Shown here in pieces: positions 1-9,653 of a DNA stretch of 32,000 nt. The stretch comes from Candidatus Hermodarchaeota archaeon. GTDB taxonomy: Archaea > Asgardarchaeota > Heimdallarchaeia > Hodarchaeales > Hodarchaeaceae. Location: positions 21,864-53,863 of the forward strand of contig JBHLKY010000022.1 in NCBI GenBank assembly GCA_048886185.1. Reading direction: 5' to 3'. Positions within the stretch are counted from its first letter, which is position 1; each line of letters opens with the position of its first letter. A program made the translations under genes and the position numbers. The notes beneath the pieces are model-generated. The model was not told the origin of the DNA, did not search any database, and worked only from the letters and a program-made list of their open reading frames with translations.

Positions 1-881
1 ATCCTTATTCAATTTCAACCGAGTTTTTTAAGCGGATTGATTGGGTTATTGATCAATCACTATCTCGAAACCTTACTGTTATAATCAACATCCATCATTA
101 TGAAGATTTAATGAATGATCCTCATGTGCATAAATCTAGGTTTCTTTCAATTTGGCGTCAGATTTCGACCCGTTATCAGGATTATTCTGAAAATCTTTAT
201 TTTGAGTTACTTAATGAACCAACTTATAATCTTAACAGTTCTCTTTGGAATCAGTACCTTCAAGAAGCCATTGAAATAATCAGAAATACAAATCCAAATA
301 GAACTCTCATTGTTGGCCCAACAAACTGGAATAACTTATTTGATCTAGAATATCTTATACTCCCAGAGGATGATTCGAATATAATTGCTACATTTCATTA
401 TTACTCACCCTTTCTCTTTACTCATCAAGGGGCCGAATGGGTTCAGGGGAGCAATCAATGGCTTGGAACAAAATGGACTGGAACAGAATCTGAAAAAGAA
501 GCTATAAGATGGGATCTTAACACAGCTCTCCAATGGGCACAGGATCAAAATAAAACTTTGTTACTTGGTGAATTTGGGGCATATAATAAAGCAGAAATGG
601 AATCTCGTGTACGATGGACAAACTTTGTTGCAAGAGAAGCAGAAAAAAGACAAATAACATGGGCATACTGGGAATTCTGTGCAGGTTTCGGGATATACGA
701 TCAGGAAGAAAAAAAATGGAGACTGGAATTACTAGAGGCACTTGTACCAACTAGTCCAATTTTAACTCGTGTAACAACTTCCACTAACCATACCACAAGG
801 TATATGGAGAACTTTTTTTCAATTGTCACATTTGCTACTATTGCATTATTCTTCTATCGTTATCGACGTAGAAAAACATGA
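1..881 (+). CDS. GH5 endoglucanase/beta-glycanase (Thermotoga Cel5A-like), 5'-truncated by the window, with C-terminal Thr-rich linker and membrane anchor
   Basis: The frame is open from base 3 (PYSISTEFFKRIDWVIDQSLSRNLTVIINIHHYEDL), so the track's Met at 111 is internal. It has the acid/base NEP (213-221), HYYSPFLFTHQGAEW, the nucleophile GEFG (E at 570-572) and WAYWEFCAGFG, all closely matching T. maritima Cel5A as recalled. The C-terminus is TRVTTSTNHTT, then hydrophobic FFSIVTFATIALFF, then basic RYRRRKT. Confidence 0.92.
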   Translation, partial: PYSISTEFFKRIDWVIDQSLSRNLTVIINIHHYEDLMNDPHVHKSRFLSIWRQISTRYQDYSENLYFELLNEPTYNLNSSLWNQYLQEAIEIIRNTNPNRTLIVGPTNWNNLFDLEYLILPEDDSNIIATFHYYSPFLFTHQGAEWVQGSNQWLGTKWTGTESEKEAIRWDLNTALQWAQDQNKTLLLGEFGAYNKAEMESRVRWTNFVAREAEKRQITWAYWEFCAGFGIYDQEEKKWRLELLEALVPTSPILTRVTTSTNHTTRYMENFFSIVTFATIALFFYRYRRRKT

Positions 882-928
882 CAGTTTTGAATATGTAATT
901 AGAGAGATTTTACTAGAATTTCCAAAAC

Positions 929-2836
929 ATGGAGGCAAATATTATACTTGAAAAAAAAGATTTACTCTTTCCGAACCCTAAGCATCTAAAATTAGAGAAA
1001 GGATCTTTATCTCTATCAAAGGAATTATGGATCGTTCTCAACAGTCCATCGACAAAGATTCTTTCTCATGCCTGGTATTTGAAGAAAAAATTAACAGAGT
1101 TTGGTTATAATTCAAGAATTACTGCATCCAAATCGAATATGCCGAAATCTGATGTGGTTCCCATCACACTTTCAATTAATCAACCAGTGCTTGAAAAACC
1201 AGAAAGCTATACAATAATTATAAATCAAGAAGGGATCATTTTAACTGGGTACGATAGACCAGGCCTATTTTATGCGATTGTAACTTTTTTCCAAGTTATA
1301 GAGCTTTCAAATCAACAGGAATTATCTTGCTTAGAAATTAAAGATTGGCCTGACTTTCCATCTAGAGGAGTAATGTTAGATGTAAGTAGGGATAAGGTTC
1401 CCACCATGGAGACCCTATTTGAATTAACAGAATTACTAGCAAATCTTAAGATCAATCAATTACAACTATACTTAGAACATACTTTTGCTTATTCTGGGCA
1501 TAATGTAGTCTGGAAAGATGCAAGTCCTTTCACTGGAGAGGAAATATTAGCCTTAGATGAGTTTTGTAAGGAACGATATGTTGAATTAGTACCCAATCAA
1601 AATAGTTTTGGCCATTTTCATCGCTGGTTGATTCATGATCCTTATAGAGATCTTGCAGAATGTCCTGAAGGGACAGATCACCCGTTTAGTAAAGAAAAAG
1701 AACCATTTTCTTTAAACCCTATTGATTCACATGTAATTGAGTTACTGGAGGATCTATATGATCAGTTATTACCTCATTTTTCCAGTAACCACTTGAATGT
1801 TGGCCTTGATGAAACCTTTGATTTGGGAGAAGGCCAGTCGGCTGAAGTGTGCAAAGAAAAAGGAAAAGGAACTGTTTACTTAGAGTTTCTCCTTAAGATC
1901 TATGAATTAGTGAAAAAACGAGGAAAAACAATGCAATTTTGGGCTGATATAATTTTTGAACACCCAGAATTAATACCACAAATACCCAAGGATATCATTC
2001 CTTTAATATGGGGTTATGAAGCATCACATCCTTTTGATTTATTATCTGAGAAAATAAGTAATTTAGGTTTATCATATTATGTCTGTCCTGGAACTAGTAG
2101 CTGGAATAGCATCGCTGGGCGGACAGATAATGCAATAGCTAATTTGTATAACGCAGGGATCAATGGAGTGAAGAATAACGCGGGAGGTTACCTTATTACC
2201 GATTGGGGTGATCATGGTCATCTCCAACCATTACCTTTCAGCTATTTAGGATATCTTGTTGGGTCAGGAGTCGCGTGGAATGTCAAAAGCGCCGAAATGT
2301 TGGACAAAAAGTCATTTATTTCTCATTTACTTGATTTTCATATATTTCATGATAAAGGAGGAGTAATGGGAAAAGTTACTTGGGAATTAGGAAACGCTTA
2401 TACAAAAGTTGAATTCAATCCTCCCAATAATTCATCATTATTCTTGATTCTTATGTCTTCAATGAATAAGTATTCTGAGATGGTACTAGAAAATATTTCA
2501 ATTGAAAAACTACAAGAAGCATATACATTTATCGATGAGTCAATCAAGTTAATAGTCAATGCTGATATGAAAAGAAAAGATGCCCAATTGGTGGAACAAG
2601 AATTTCTTTGGGCTGCGAATATTTTGAAATTTGCTTGTGATCTTGGTATAGCTAGATTAAGAATCGGTATCAATGAACCTCTAAGTAAAATTCCTAATAA
2701 GAAGAAAAATGCGTTACAAACAACATTGGGAAAATTGATTGAGGAGCATCGAAACATTTGGTTACAAAGAAATCGTTCTGGAGGATTATCTGACTCAGCT
2801 AATCGACTTGAAGTGCTTTGGCACGAACTTAATTAG
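929..2836 (+). CDS. GH20 beta-N-acetylhexosaminidase (no signal peptide)
   Basis: GH20b-type N-domain (ESYTIII...GLFYAIVTFFQ), then IKDWPDFPSRGVMLDVSR, LVPNQNSFGHF and the catalytic Asp-Glu pair in NVGLDETF (1808-1813). Also has WADII, VCPGTSSW and TDWGD. Confidence 0.88.
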   Translation: MEANIILEKKDLLFPNPKHLKLEKGSLSLSKELWIVLNSPSTKILSHAWYLKKKLTEFGYNSRITASKSNMPKSDVVPITLSINQPVLEKPESYTIIINQEGIILTGYDRPGLFYAIVTFFQVIELSNQQELSCLEIKDWPDFPSRGVMLDVSRDKVPTMETLFELTELLANLKINQLQLYLEHTFAYSGHNVVWKDASPFTGEEILALDEFCKERYVELVPNQNSFGHFHRWLIHDPYRDLAECPEGTDHPFSKEKEPFSLNPIDSHVIELLEDLYDQLLPHFSSNHLNVGLDETFDLGEGQSAEVCKEKGKGTVYLEFLLKIYELVKKRGKTMQFWADIIFEHPELIPQIPKDIIPLIWGYEASHPFDLLSEKISNLGLSYYVCPGTSSWNSIAGRTDNAIANLYNAGINGVKNNAGGYLITDWGDHGHLQPLPFSYLGYLVGSGVAWNVKSAEMLDKKSFISHLLDFHIFHDKGGVMGKVTWELGNAYTKVEFNPPNNSSLFLILMSSMNKYSEMVLENISIEKLQEAYTFIDESIKLIVNADMKRKDAQLVEQEFLWAANILKFACDLGIARLRIGINEPLSKIPNKKKNALQTTLGKLIEEHRNIWLQRNRSGGLSDSANRLEVLWHELN

Positions 2837-2857
2837 GATCGAGGGGTTAAAATACAA

Positions 2858-3691
2858 TTAATAATATCCTAGTGCTCCTTTTTGTCGTGTACGATATTCA
2901 AAGTAATTGAAGACTAGAATTCCTAGAATCAACCACACTACGTTTAAAAACATTATATATATGAGAATTTCAAACCAATATGCACTAAATCCTTGGAGTA
3001 CTCCCTCACGGAATCCCTCAACACCCCAAGTTATTGGTGAGATGAAAGATAATGGTTTTAGAAGAGCAGGTAATACTGCTAATGGAAAAAAAGCCGGAGC
3101 TAATAAATTCATGAATCCATCCATGAAAAGGACAAACTTCCAAGCTTGTTTCATTGCAAGAACCAATCCAGATATGATTAGGGAAAATCCTAACAATGAA
3201 ATCGTAGCAAAAAACAAAATGAAAATCATGGGTAGAATATTGAGAACATTTATTTGTAATCCATATAGAAAATATACACCACCAATCTGCAAAAAAAATG
3301 CCAATACTGACATGGACAGACCAAAAAGTGTATTACCAAAAATTATTGAAAATCGGGAGGCAGGGGTCATATAAATGCTAACTAATGTTCCAGTCCATTC
3401 TTCCCGTCGAATACCCATTGCTCCCATCCAATAAATGCGTGTTAGAATAGCCATTGAAGCTGAACCGAAAGTTAAGAATAAGATAACATCACTTGTTGTT
3501 GCATACTTGGCTAGTATCTCACTTTCACGACCACCTACTAAGGCTTGTCCATAGATGATAACAGGAAGCAAGAAAATCAATGGTTCAGATACAAAGTAGA
3601 GAAAAGTTAATGGATATGCTAATCTGATTCTCCAATATTTAATCATAAGTTGCCAAGAGCAATTAAGCTCAAACCAAATGCGAGATATCAT
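2858..3691 (-). CDS. ABC-2 type transporter permease
   Basis: About 6 hydrophobic segments, an EEWTGTL motif (ABC-2 'E...GTLE') and FFPLAVLPALL...SPITW. It is third in a tightly packed minus-strand trio. Confidence 0.88.
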   Translation of the reverse strand: MISRIWFELNCSWQLMIKYWRIRLAYPLTFLYFVSEPLIFLLPVIIYGQALVGGRESEILAKYATTSDVILFLTFGSASMAILTRIYWMGAMGIRREEWTGTLVSIYMTPASRFSIIFGNTLFGLSMSVLAFFLQIGGVYFLYGLQINVLNILPMIFILFFATISLLGFSLIISGLVLAMKQAWKFVLFMDGFMNLLAPAFFPLAVLPALLKPLSFISPITWGVEGFREGVLQGFSAYWFEILIYIMFLNVVWLILGILVFNYFEYRTRQKGALGYY

Positions 3692-3693
3692 TG

Positions 3694-4521
3694 CTAATAG
3701 GCTCCTAATGATCCTTTTTCACGTGAGAATTCCTCCATCTTTGTAAAGAGAAGGACTCCAATCATCCACAACACAATATCTAGAATTACTAGGCTAATTA
3801 TAAAGATCATTGGTTCTAATGCGGGGTACATTATTGTTTCTGGCATTGTTAATTTCCTAATAACAGAAAGACCTAATGTAAAGGGAATTGTAAGAGAAAT
3901 TACTCGAATCCAGCCTGGCAGAGCTTGCAAACTGTACCGAACTGGTGTGATGAGATGCATCCCAGTTTCAATCATTTCAGTTAGTGTTCCTGGTTCTTTG
4001 AAGACTATAATTATACCTGCCATCAAAACACCAAATCCATACAAACCTACTATTGTGAGGATTAAGACACCAACAGATAAAATTAGTCCTTGCCAAAGTA
4101 GATGTATTTGTAGAAAGACACTTATAATGGTAAATTGAATCAAAATATTGATTGATGCCCATATTGTTTCCGAAATACTTGTACCAATTAGTATATCCAC
4201 ACGACTCGTGGGCGTTGTCCATAGTACTTCCAGTGTTCCAGATTCTTGTTCCCAACGAATGGCATTTCCTGCTCCCCATAAAGCTGTAGACACAAACATG
4301 AAGAGAATTGTCCCTACAACAATAAAGCTCAGAAAATCTTCACTTCCAGTAAGTTCTGCGAAGTTTTCACTAGTAGTTCCCCCAACAAATGCTATTCCTT
4401 GAAGTATGAGTGGTGTTACCCACATTACTGGCATAACTGCCCAAAACAGCAAGTCGAACTTGTATCGAGACATATGAATTATATTTTTATAGATAATGGC
4501 TTGAATTGTCGCAAGTTTCAT
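3694..4521 (-). CDS. ABC-2 type transporter permease (start revised from 4578 to ATG 4521)
   Basis: EQESGTLEVLWTTP motif and multiple TM segments. The ATG at 4521 follows the ATPase stop (4523-4525) by 1 nt and has GGAGG upstream. Confidence 0.88.
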   Translation of the reverse strand: MKLATIQAIIYKNIIHMSRYKFDLLFWAVMPVMWVTPLILQGIAFVGGTTSENFAELTGSEDFLSFIVVGTILFMFVSTALWGAGNAIRWEQESGTLEVLWTTPTSRVDILIGTSISETIWASINILIQFTIISVFLQIHLLWQGLILSVGVLILTIVGLYGFGVLMAGIIIVFKEPGTLTEMIETGMHLITPVRYSLQALPGWIRVISLTIPFTLGLSVIRKLTMPETIMYPALEPMIFIISLVILDIVLWMIGVLLFTKMEEFSREKGSLGAY

Positions 4522-4522
4522 T

Positions 4523-5527
4523 TCAAGTGTCCTCCTTGATATTTGATAATCCCCGTCCAGTGAGTTTAATGAAAGCATCTTCTAATGTAGGAGTTTCAAC
4601 ATCAATACTTTGTATCGAGACATTCTCTTCTTTCAATTTTTCTAAAACTGAGAGCATAATTTGTGAGCTGTCTTGTGTATGAATGTGAGTAAGATTGTTT
4701 TGTGTATAAACTTCAAGGATCCCAGGAATATCATGAAAGATTCTATTTGGAAATGAATCAGTTGTTTTAATTTTAATAACTTCGTGTTCTTTGATCTGTA
4801 ATTTAAGTTGTTCAGGAGTGGCGGTATCTATGATTACTCCGTTATCAATTAGAGCTACTCGATCAGATAACTGATCAGCTTCAGCCATATAATGAGTGGT
4901 TAACAGAATAGTTTTTCCCTCTTCCTTCTGTAGAATATTTTTTATGAATTGTCTCAAATCACGAGCAAAGGAAGGATCAAGGCCTAATGTTGGTTCATCG
5001 AAGAGTAATACTGGTGCATTTGATATTAAAGCTCTAGCAAAATTAATTTTCATTTTCATTCCAGTACTATATTTTTCAACGCGTTCATGAGCTTTATTTA
5101 GAAGTTGCATTTGTTTAAGTAAATGCCTTGCACGATCATGGGCTTCAGTTTTACTAAGGCCATACATACGTCCAAAAAATATCAGGTTTTCCAATCCAGT
5201 CATTTTCCAATAGGTACTCCGTTCACCACCACCAATAGTAGCCCCGAAACTAGCACGTGCTTTAGAACTTTCTTTTACAACATCGAAACCATTGATTTTT
5301 GCTATACCATGATCCGGAATAACAATTGTAGTTAGTATTTTCACTAAAGTAGTCTTACCAGCTCCATTAGGACCAAGTAAACCAAAAATTTCTCCTTTAC
5401 TGACACAGAGATCTACTTTATCGAGAGCTTGGACTATCTCTTTTTTCCGATTACGCTTAAAACGCGAGCCTCTTGTTTTCTCAAATCTTTTGCTTATTTT
5501 AGACACATAAATTGGAAAATTCTGCAT
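4523..5527 (-). CDS. ABC transporter ATP-binding protein (DrrA/ABC-2 family)
   Basis: Walker A GPNGAGKTT, signature YSTGMK, Walker B LLFDEPT, H-loop TTHYM and a C-terminal PTLEDAFIKLTG. Confidence 0.95.
   Translation of the reverse strand: MQNFPIYVSKISKRFEKTRGSRFKRNRKKEIVQALDKVDLCVSKGEIFGLLGPNGAGKTTLVKILTTIVIPDHGIAKINGFDVVKESSKARASFGATIGGGERSTYWKMTGLENLIFFGRMYGLSKTEAHDRARHLLKQMQLLNKAHERVEKYSTGMKMKINFARALISNAPVLLFDEPTLGLDPSFARDLRQFIKNILQKEEGKTILLTTHYMAEADQLSDRVALIDNGVIIDTATPEQLKLQIKEHEVIKIKTTDSFPNRIFHDIPGILEVYTQNNLTHIHTQDSSQIMLSVLEKLKEENVSIQSIDVETPTLEDAFIKLTGRGLSNIKEDT
4531..4535 (-). promoter_or_regulatory. Shine-Dalgarno site (GGAGG) for the permease start at 4521
   Basis: GGAGG lies 9 nt upstream of ATG 4521, inside the end of the ATPase gene. 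Confidence 0.65.
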
Positions 5528-5975
5528 CTAAGAACATCCTTCACAGCATAAATTGTTTTTTTCAGTGTAATCGTGTGTTAGAAAGTCTTAAATTAGACTG
5601 GTGATCGAATGAAAGAATTTTGACGAACTTCAACGTTATTAAGAATGTTTAAATATCTGAAAATATTATAATTAATCTTTTTACCAACGTAAAGCAAAGA
5701 TAACTAGGAAATGGCGGTGAAGATTTTTTATCAACACGGTCAAATTTCAATCCTTATTTTAACTTATTATCTTCTATATAATTTCGTCTTTAAAGAATAT
5801 TCCTGAAAAAATGACTAAAAATTATAGAAAACTGAATTATAGTAATTTAGATATTCTTATTAGACCTGTTGATTGCTTATTTTTTTATTTGTTCTAAAAA
5901 TCAATGTAGTAAAAGTTTTTCATTACGTATTGAGTAGATAATAAATGAATTATACAGTGAAATCTACTAATTCAT

Positions 5976-8900
5976 GTGTTTAAAATGAGTTATTTCAACA
6001 TAGCTTTCCGTAATGTAAAGCGAAATAGATGGAGAAGCTTCTTATTAATATTAGGTATCACCATGTCTGTTGCATTGGAAACGGGAATAGCTATTACAGT
6101 TGATTCATTATATGAAAATTTCATTACGGAGCAGAGATGGAATAATTATACTGATCTTAGTATTCATTCTACGATTAATGGGACGACTCCTGAAGAAATG
6201 AAAGATGTAGCAAATACAGTTCAGTCGATATCAGGAGTTCGTAGGGCTAGTACAATCATAACTCATATTTATTCTAATGAAACACTTGAATCTATAGAAT
6301 ACAACTTCAGTATTGACTATAACGTCATTATATATGGTTGTCAAACAAATCATCCTGATTTTCAGAATATCAATGTAATTAATGGAAATCGAAGTTTAAA
6401 TACCAACGAGGTAATGATTTCGAATAGCCTCGCTAAAATGTTTGGAACTGTTCCTGGCCAGAACATTAATCTATCACGATTCATTCCTGATATGTCTGGA
6501 TCAGTGAATATTAAGGGAATTATAAAAGACGAAAATAATTTTGGAAACTTATTTGGATATCTTCTTATCCTTGTTAATTTAGATTTTTTATATGAAAAAT
6601 TGTTAGAAGCCAAATGGGATTTTGAAATTGAATGTGTGGTTGAGATTGCTAATTTAATGGAAATTGATGAAGTCACTACAAGAGTAATGAATGAGCTTGG
6701 AGAAAATTTTCTGGTTATGCGGGGAAAGATCATTTCAGAATTAGCGAAAATGGGAATCACCTCCTATCAATCAGCAATGAACATTATATTATTAGCTTCT
6801 TTTGTTGTAGCTGTCCTATTTTTAACAAATATATTAGCAATAAATGTTAATGAGCGAAAAAAGGAATTTGGTATTTTAAGATCGATTGGTACATCTAATA
6901 CACAAATCATTATAACACTTGGCATTGAGATCTTAATTTATTGTATTTTAGGGAGTCTTTTAGGAAGTATCCTTGGGTTATTTTTCTCAGTGTTTTACTT
7001 AACGATATTTAATCAAACTGAAGAAATAATAACTATAACTGAACTTGTGATAAGCCCTATCTCCTTAGGTTCCGCTTTTTTTTCAGGTATTTTTATATCT
7101 CTTGTCGCTGGGAGCTACCCCGTTTTACTAGCTATATTCTATCCACCTGTTCAAAACATCTATTATCAACAACGAACTATGGAACGTAAATGGAGAATAA
7201 CATGGAAATATTCATTTTTAGCTGGCTCTATCTTAAGTCTAATTGGGATTCTTGGTACATACTTAATTGGACCGTCACAATTCTTATCTTTTGAAATAAT
7301 TTCTTTCCACTTTATTGCTGTTGTTTTAACACTGATTGGGACACTCTTAATACTAACTGGATTACTAAGTTTTTTACCAAAGGTTAGCAGGTATTTATTC
7401 TGGCACTCGGCTGTTTCCAAAATAATTTCATCACGAAATGTTAAACGTGAGGCGTCTAAGTCATCAATCACCATTCTTACCAGTGCTGTTGCATTGTCTT
7501 TCATCTTGATAATTGGAGTTGTATCAAGTGCATTAGTTGAAGCTGTTCCAGATTTTTATAATAACCAATTTGGGGGAATTGATATTATTGCAGAATGTTA
7601 TGATGGACAAGAGCTCCCAATTTCATTGGTAGATAAATTAAAGAAAAATGGAGACATACATCAAGTCAGTTTTATACAAGAGCACTCAACCAGTGTAGCT
7701 ATGAGTCAAGACAGGATTAATATTTTTGGAATTAGTCCAAAAGAATTTGAAATATTTATCGATCCAATTCTAGCTCAAACCAAACAAAATCTAATAACAA
7801 TGTTAAATACTACTGAACATGGAGTTATTATTAGCGATCTTCTATTAAAAAAACTAAATGTAGATCTAGAAGAAGAAGTTCAAATCATTATAAGAGAAAA
7901 TATCACAGTAACCCTTGTTATTAATGGAATTGTAAGAGGAAATCCATTTATTCACAATGGTATGTATTTATATTTATCTAATACTCTATTTAATCAGCTT
8001 TTCCCTTCTGAAAGTGAACCTGTGGCAAAATGGTTCGTTATTGCTACAGAAGACGAAGTTAATGAAAAGAACTTAACAAGAAGCCTTATGAGATCATATG
8101 AATTCAATCGTGTATCTTCGATAGATTATTTTTCAGGAGTGATCGAGAAAACAATTCAAAGACAAGCTGCGTTGTTCCAAATATTATTCTTAGAATCATT
8201 CTTCCTAGTTGGATTAGCTCAATTTGTGTGTATCTTAATTTCAACATTGAGGATGGAAAGAGAATTAGGAATCATGCGCGCAATGGGACTGTCAAAAAAC
8301 GGAGTTATTTCAATCTTTTTGGCAGAAAGTACATTATTAGGAGTTACTGCCGTAATTATTGGTATTGTAGAAGGTGTTATTGGATCATATCTCATGCAAT
8401 GGTACATTTCTACAAGTATTCCGATCAACGTGAGTTTTGATCTAAGATTGATCTTACTCTGGGTAGGAGTTACATTTTTAATAACTATTATTAGCACTTT
8501 GATTCCAAGCTATCGCTCTTCAAATAAAAGTGTTGTCGCAGCGATCAGCGGAAGAGCTATCCCTGAAATAAAAGTTCCAGATATTGAAGTATTTGAAGAG
8601 ATTGTGTTAAATGTTGAAAATCTGAGAGGCTACTATCGGGGATCATTTGGAATAGTGCATGGAGTTGATGATGTCTCCTTTACCATGAAAAAAGGTGAAA
8701 TTGTAGGTCTTGCTGGAGAATCTGGTTGTGGAAAGTCCACATTAGCAGAACTCATTACAGGAACACCCAGGCCTCTCCTACACTATGAGGAGGGGATAGT
8801 ACGCGTTGATAAATACAATATATACAATATCAGAAATGAGGAGCTACGAACCAAGGTCAAATGCAAATTGATGGCATATGTACCTCAAGCTTCAATGGAT

Positions 8901-9590
8901 TCCTTGAATCCTGTGAAAAGGATAATTGATTTTATCATGGATGTAGTGAAAGAACGTACTGGTCAAACAAGATCTAAAGGAGAAATCTATAAACTTGCTG
9001 CAGACCATTTTGAAAGGGTAGGTTTGGATAAATCAGTTCTGAAACACTATCCCCATGAACTTAGTGGGGGCATGAAACAACGTGTCATAATTGCAATCTC
9101 TACTTTATGGAATCCTCATCTCTTGATAATAGATGAACCAACAAGTGCATTAGATGTTACATCTCAAAAACAAATGATAAAAATGCTTTCTGAGTTGAAA
9201 AAAGAGCAGATTATTCAATCAATCTTGTTTGTGTCACATGATATTGCTACTCTCAGACAATTATGTACTAGATCCATAATCATGTATTGTGGTGAAATTG
9301 TAGAGATTGGTACAATGGACGATATTATTAACAATCCTCTTCATCCTTATACTACTTTACTCATTTCATCTATTGTAAGATTCAATCCAGATGGTACTCG
9401 CTCTTTTGCGTTGAAGAGTATTCCAGGAAATCAACCTGACTTAAGAGCTCCTCCCCCTGGGTGTCGCTTTCACCCTCGCTGTCCTCAAGTGATGACTCAT
9501 TGTAAATCTTATGAACCCCCTACAGTAGAGATTTCTGTCGAAGGGAGAATGGTTAAGTGTTGGTTATTTCATGAGTATGATAAGCATTAA
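5976..9590 (+). CDS. Fusion of a duplicated FtsX/MacB-family permease (about 10 TM, two extracytoplasmic domains) and a C-terminal DppD/OppD-type ABC ATPase with a 4-Cys tail
   Basis: FtsX motifs appear twice (NERKKEFGILRSIG and RMERELGIMRAMG), as do N-terminal RNVKR motifs. The ATPase begins near 8601 and has GESGCGKST (8715), YVPQASMDSLNP, ELSGGMKQR, IIDEPTSALD, VSHD, HPYT and GCRFHPRC...C...C. The start is GTG 5976 or ATG 5985. Confidence 0.88.
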   Translation: MFKMSYFNIAFRNVKRNRWRSFLLILGITMSVALETGIAITVDSLYENFITEQRWNNYTDLSIHSTINGTTPEEMKDVANTVQSISGVRRASTIITHIYSNETLESIEYNFSIDYNVIIYGCQTNHPDFQNINVINGNRSLNTNEVMISNSLAKMFGTVPGQNINLSRFIPDMSGSVNIKGIIKDENNFGNLFGYLLILVNLDFLYEKLLEAKWDFEIECVVEIANLMEIDEVTTRVMNELGENFLVMRGKIISELAKMGITSYQSAMNIILLASFVVAVLFLTNILAINVNERKKEFGILRSIGTSNTQIIITLGIEILIYCILGSLLGSILGLFFSVFYLTIFNQTEEIITITELVISPISLGSAFFSGIFISLVAGSYPVLLAIFYPPVQNIYYQQRTMERKWRITWKYSFLAGSILSLIGILGTYLIGPSQFLSFEIISFHFIAVVLTLIGTLLILTGLLSFLPKVSRYLFWHSAVSKIISSRNVKREASKSSITILTSAVALSFILIIGVVSSALVEAVPDFYNNQFGGIDIIAECYDGQELPISLVDKLKKNGDIHQVSFIQEHSTSVAMSQDRINIFGISPKEFEIFIDPILAQTKQNLITMLNTTEHGVIISDLLLKKLNVDLEEEVQIIIRENITVTLVINGIVRGNPFIHNGMYLYLSNTLFNQLFPSESEPVAKWFVIATEDEVNEKNLTRSLMRSYEFNRVSSIDYFSGVIEKTIQRQAALFQILFLESFFLVGLAQFVCILISTLRMERELGIMRAMGLSKNGVISIFLAESTLLGVTAVIIGIVEGVIGSYLMQWYISTSIPINVSFDLRLILLWVGVTFLITIISTLIPSYRSSNKSVVAAISGRAIPEIKVPDIEVFEEIVLNVENLRGYYRGSFGIVHGVDDVSFTMKKGEIVGLAGESGCGKSTLAELITGTPRPLLHYEEGIVRVDKYNIYNIRNEELRTKVKCKLMAYVPQASMDSLNPVKRIIDFIMDVVKERTGQTRSKGEIYKLAADHFERVGLDKSVLKHYPHELSGGMKQRVIIAISTLWNPHLLIIDEPTSALDVTSQKQMIKMLSELKKEQIIQSILFVSHDIATLRQLCTRSIIMYCGEIVEIGTMDDIINNPLHPYTTLLISSIVRFNPDGTRSFALKSIPGNQPDLRAPPPGCRFHPRCPQVMTHCKSYEPPTVEISVEGRMVKCWLFHEYDKH

Positions 9591-9653
9591 AAAAAAATAA
9601 TAATATTATTACAAACCAAATATCTTCCACATTTTAACAACGAGCATTAGGTT

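Noticed and set aside
4522-4578. Track's longer start for the ABC-2 permease
   Set aside because: It overlaps the ATPase. ATG 4521 has a GGAGG site and near-abutting translational coupling.
5711-5806. 31-aa hydrophobic mini-ORF (MAVKIFYQHGQISILILTYYLLYNFVFKEYS) in the divergent spacer
   Set aside because: Too short, no recognisable homology, and such ORFs arise readily in AT-rich DNA.
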